DNA from: Camelus dromedarius
Taxonomy: Eukaryota
Direction of reading: 5' to 3'
DNA length: 64,000 nt
NCBI RefSeq assembly: GCF_036321535.1
Contig: NC_087436.1
Coordinates: 101,682,001-101,746,000 of the forward strand
This document shows, in pieces, positions 63,436 through 64,000 of this stretch; the first letter of the stretch is position 1, and each line of letters begins with the position of its first letter. Below the pieces are notes generated by a model, which worked only from the letters and a program-made list of their open reading frames with translations, ran no database searches and had not been told where the DNA came from. Both the position numbers and the translations under genes were made by a program.

Positions 63436-64000
63436 TTTCTTTCTTTATGTTTATGATTCTTTGTTAGAGCATCTTAATCTCAATTCCTCCTGTTTTTTAC
63501 CCCTAAAATTATTTCTTCAAAAGTATTTTTAAGATCCATTTTGATCATGTGTGTGATATTGATGAGTACATTCCTATGAACATGGTAAATATATACTCTA
63601 TCTGAATTTTCTGATCTATCTTCTGTCCTACCTACACAGCACTAAAATAACCATTACTCTCTCTGCTGTTATATTTAAATTTCTAGCACTTGTCTAATTC
63701 TACAGTTCTGCTCAACAATATTCCACCAGCATCGCACACCCAACATTTCCTGGACTGGCATGTTTGATAACATCTCAAATTCCTTCTCTATTCTTCACAA
63801 CCTGATTTTCACAGATGTCATCCCTTTCCATTTTTAGTTTACATTCGTGCCACGTTGAGTAAGTATTTATTGAATAACATAAATCCTCTCCAATATATGT
63901 AAGATGCAACTTAAAATTAGTAATTCTTTGCAGTGGAAGACAATGGCAGGTTTCTAGAAGCTTTGTATTTATAGATTAAAATTTCGTTTAGATAACACAT

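Noticed and set aside
1..64000. All ORFs in the supplied six-frame track (60-136 aa) as genes
   Set aside because: They are short and low-complexity, many start at non-ATG codons, and none shows a recognisable cellular domain or a consistent exon chain. Those with recognisable peptides are L1 remnants.

Overview
AT-rich, repeat-rich mammalian genomic DNA with no supportable protein-coding gene, RNA gene, CpG island or CRISPR-like array. The supplied ORFs are chance frames or decayed LINE-1 ORF1/ORF2. The repeats suggest a camelid (Camelus/Vicugna-type) artiodactyl. Ancient eutherian MIR, L2, MLT/ERVL, L1M, MER8 and MER94 elements occur with younger artiodactyl-type L1 3' ends, and I saw no Alu, B1/B2, BovB/Bov-tA, CHR, PRE-1 or Can-SINE. 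The window looks like part of a very long intron of a gene transcribed on the minus strand. Two observations support this: nearly all long L1 sequence is on the + strand, and there is a 34-nt non-coding exon candidate with near-consensus splice sites at 2765-2798 (-). That exon fits a gene with a multi-exon 5'UTR spread over huge introns; PTPRD is a hypothesis only. Other leads: three L1 copies 5'-truncated at essentially the same nucleotide, several more microexon or recursive-splice-site candidates, CTCF-like motifs on two short exon candidates, and nested insertions. I found nothing I can claim as a new biological system. Repeat family names and most boundaries were assigned by eye and are approximate unless a TSD is cited.
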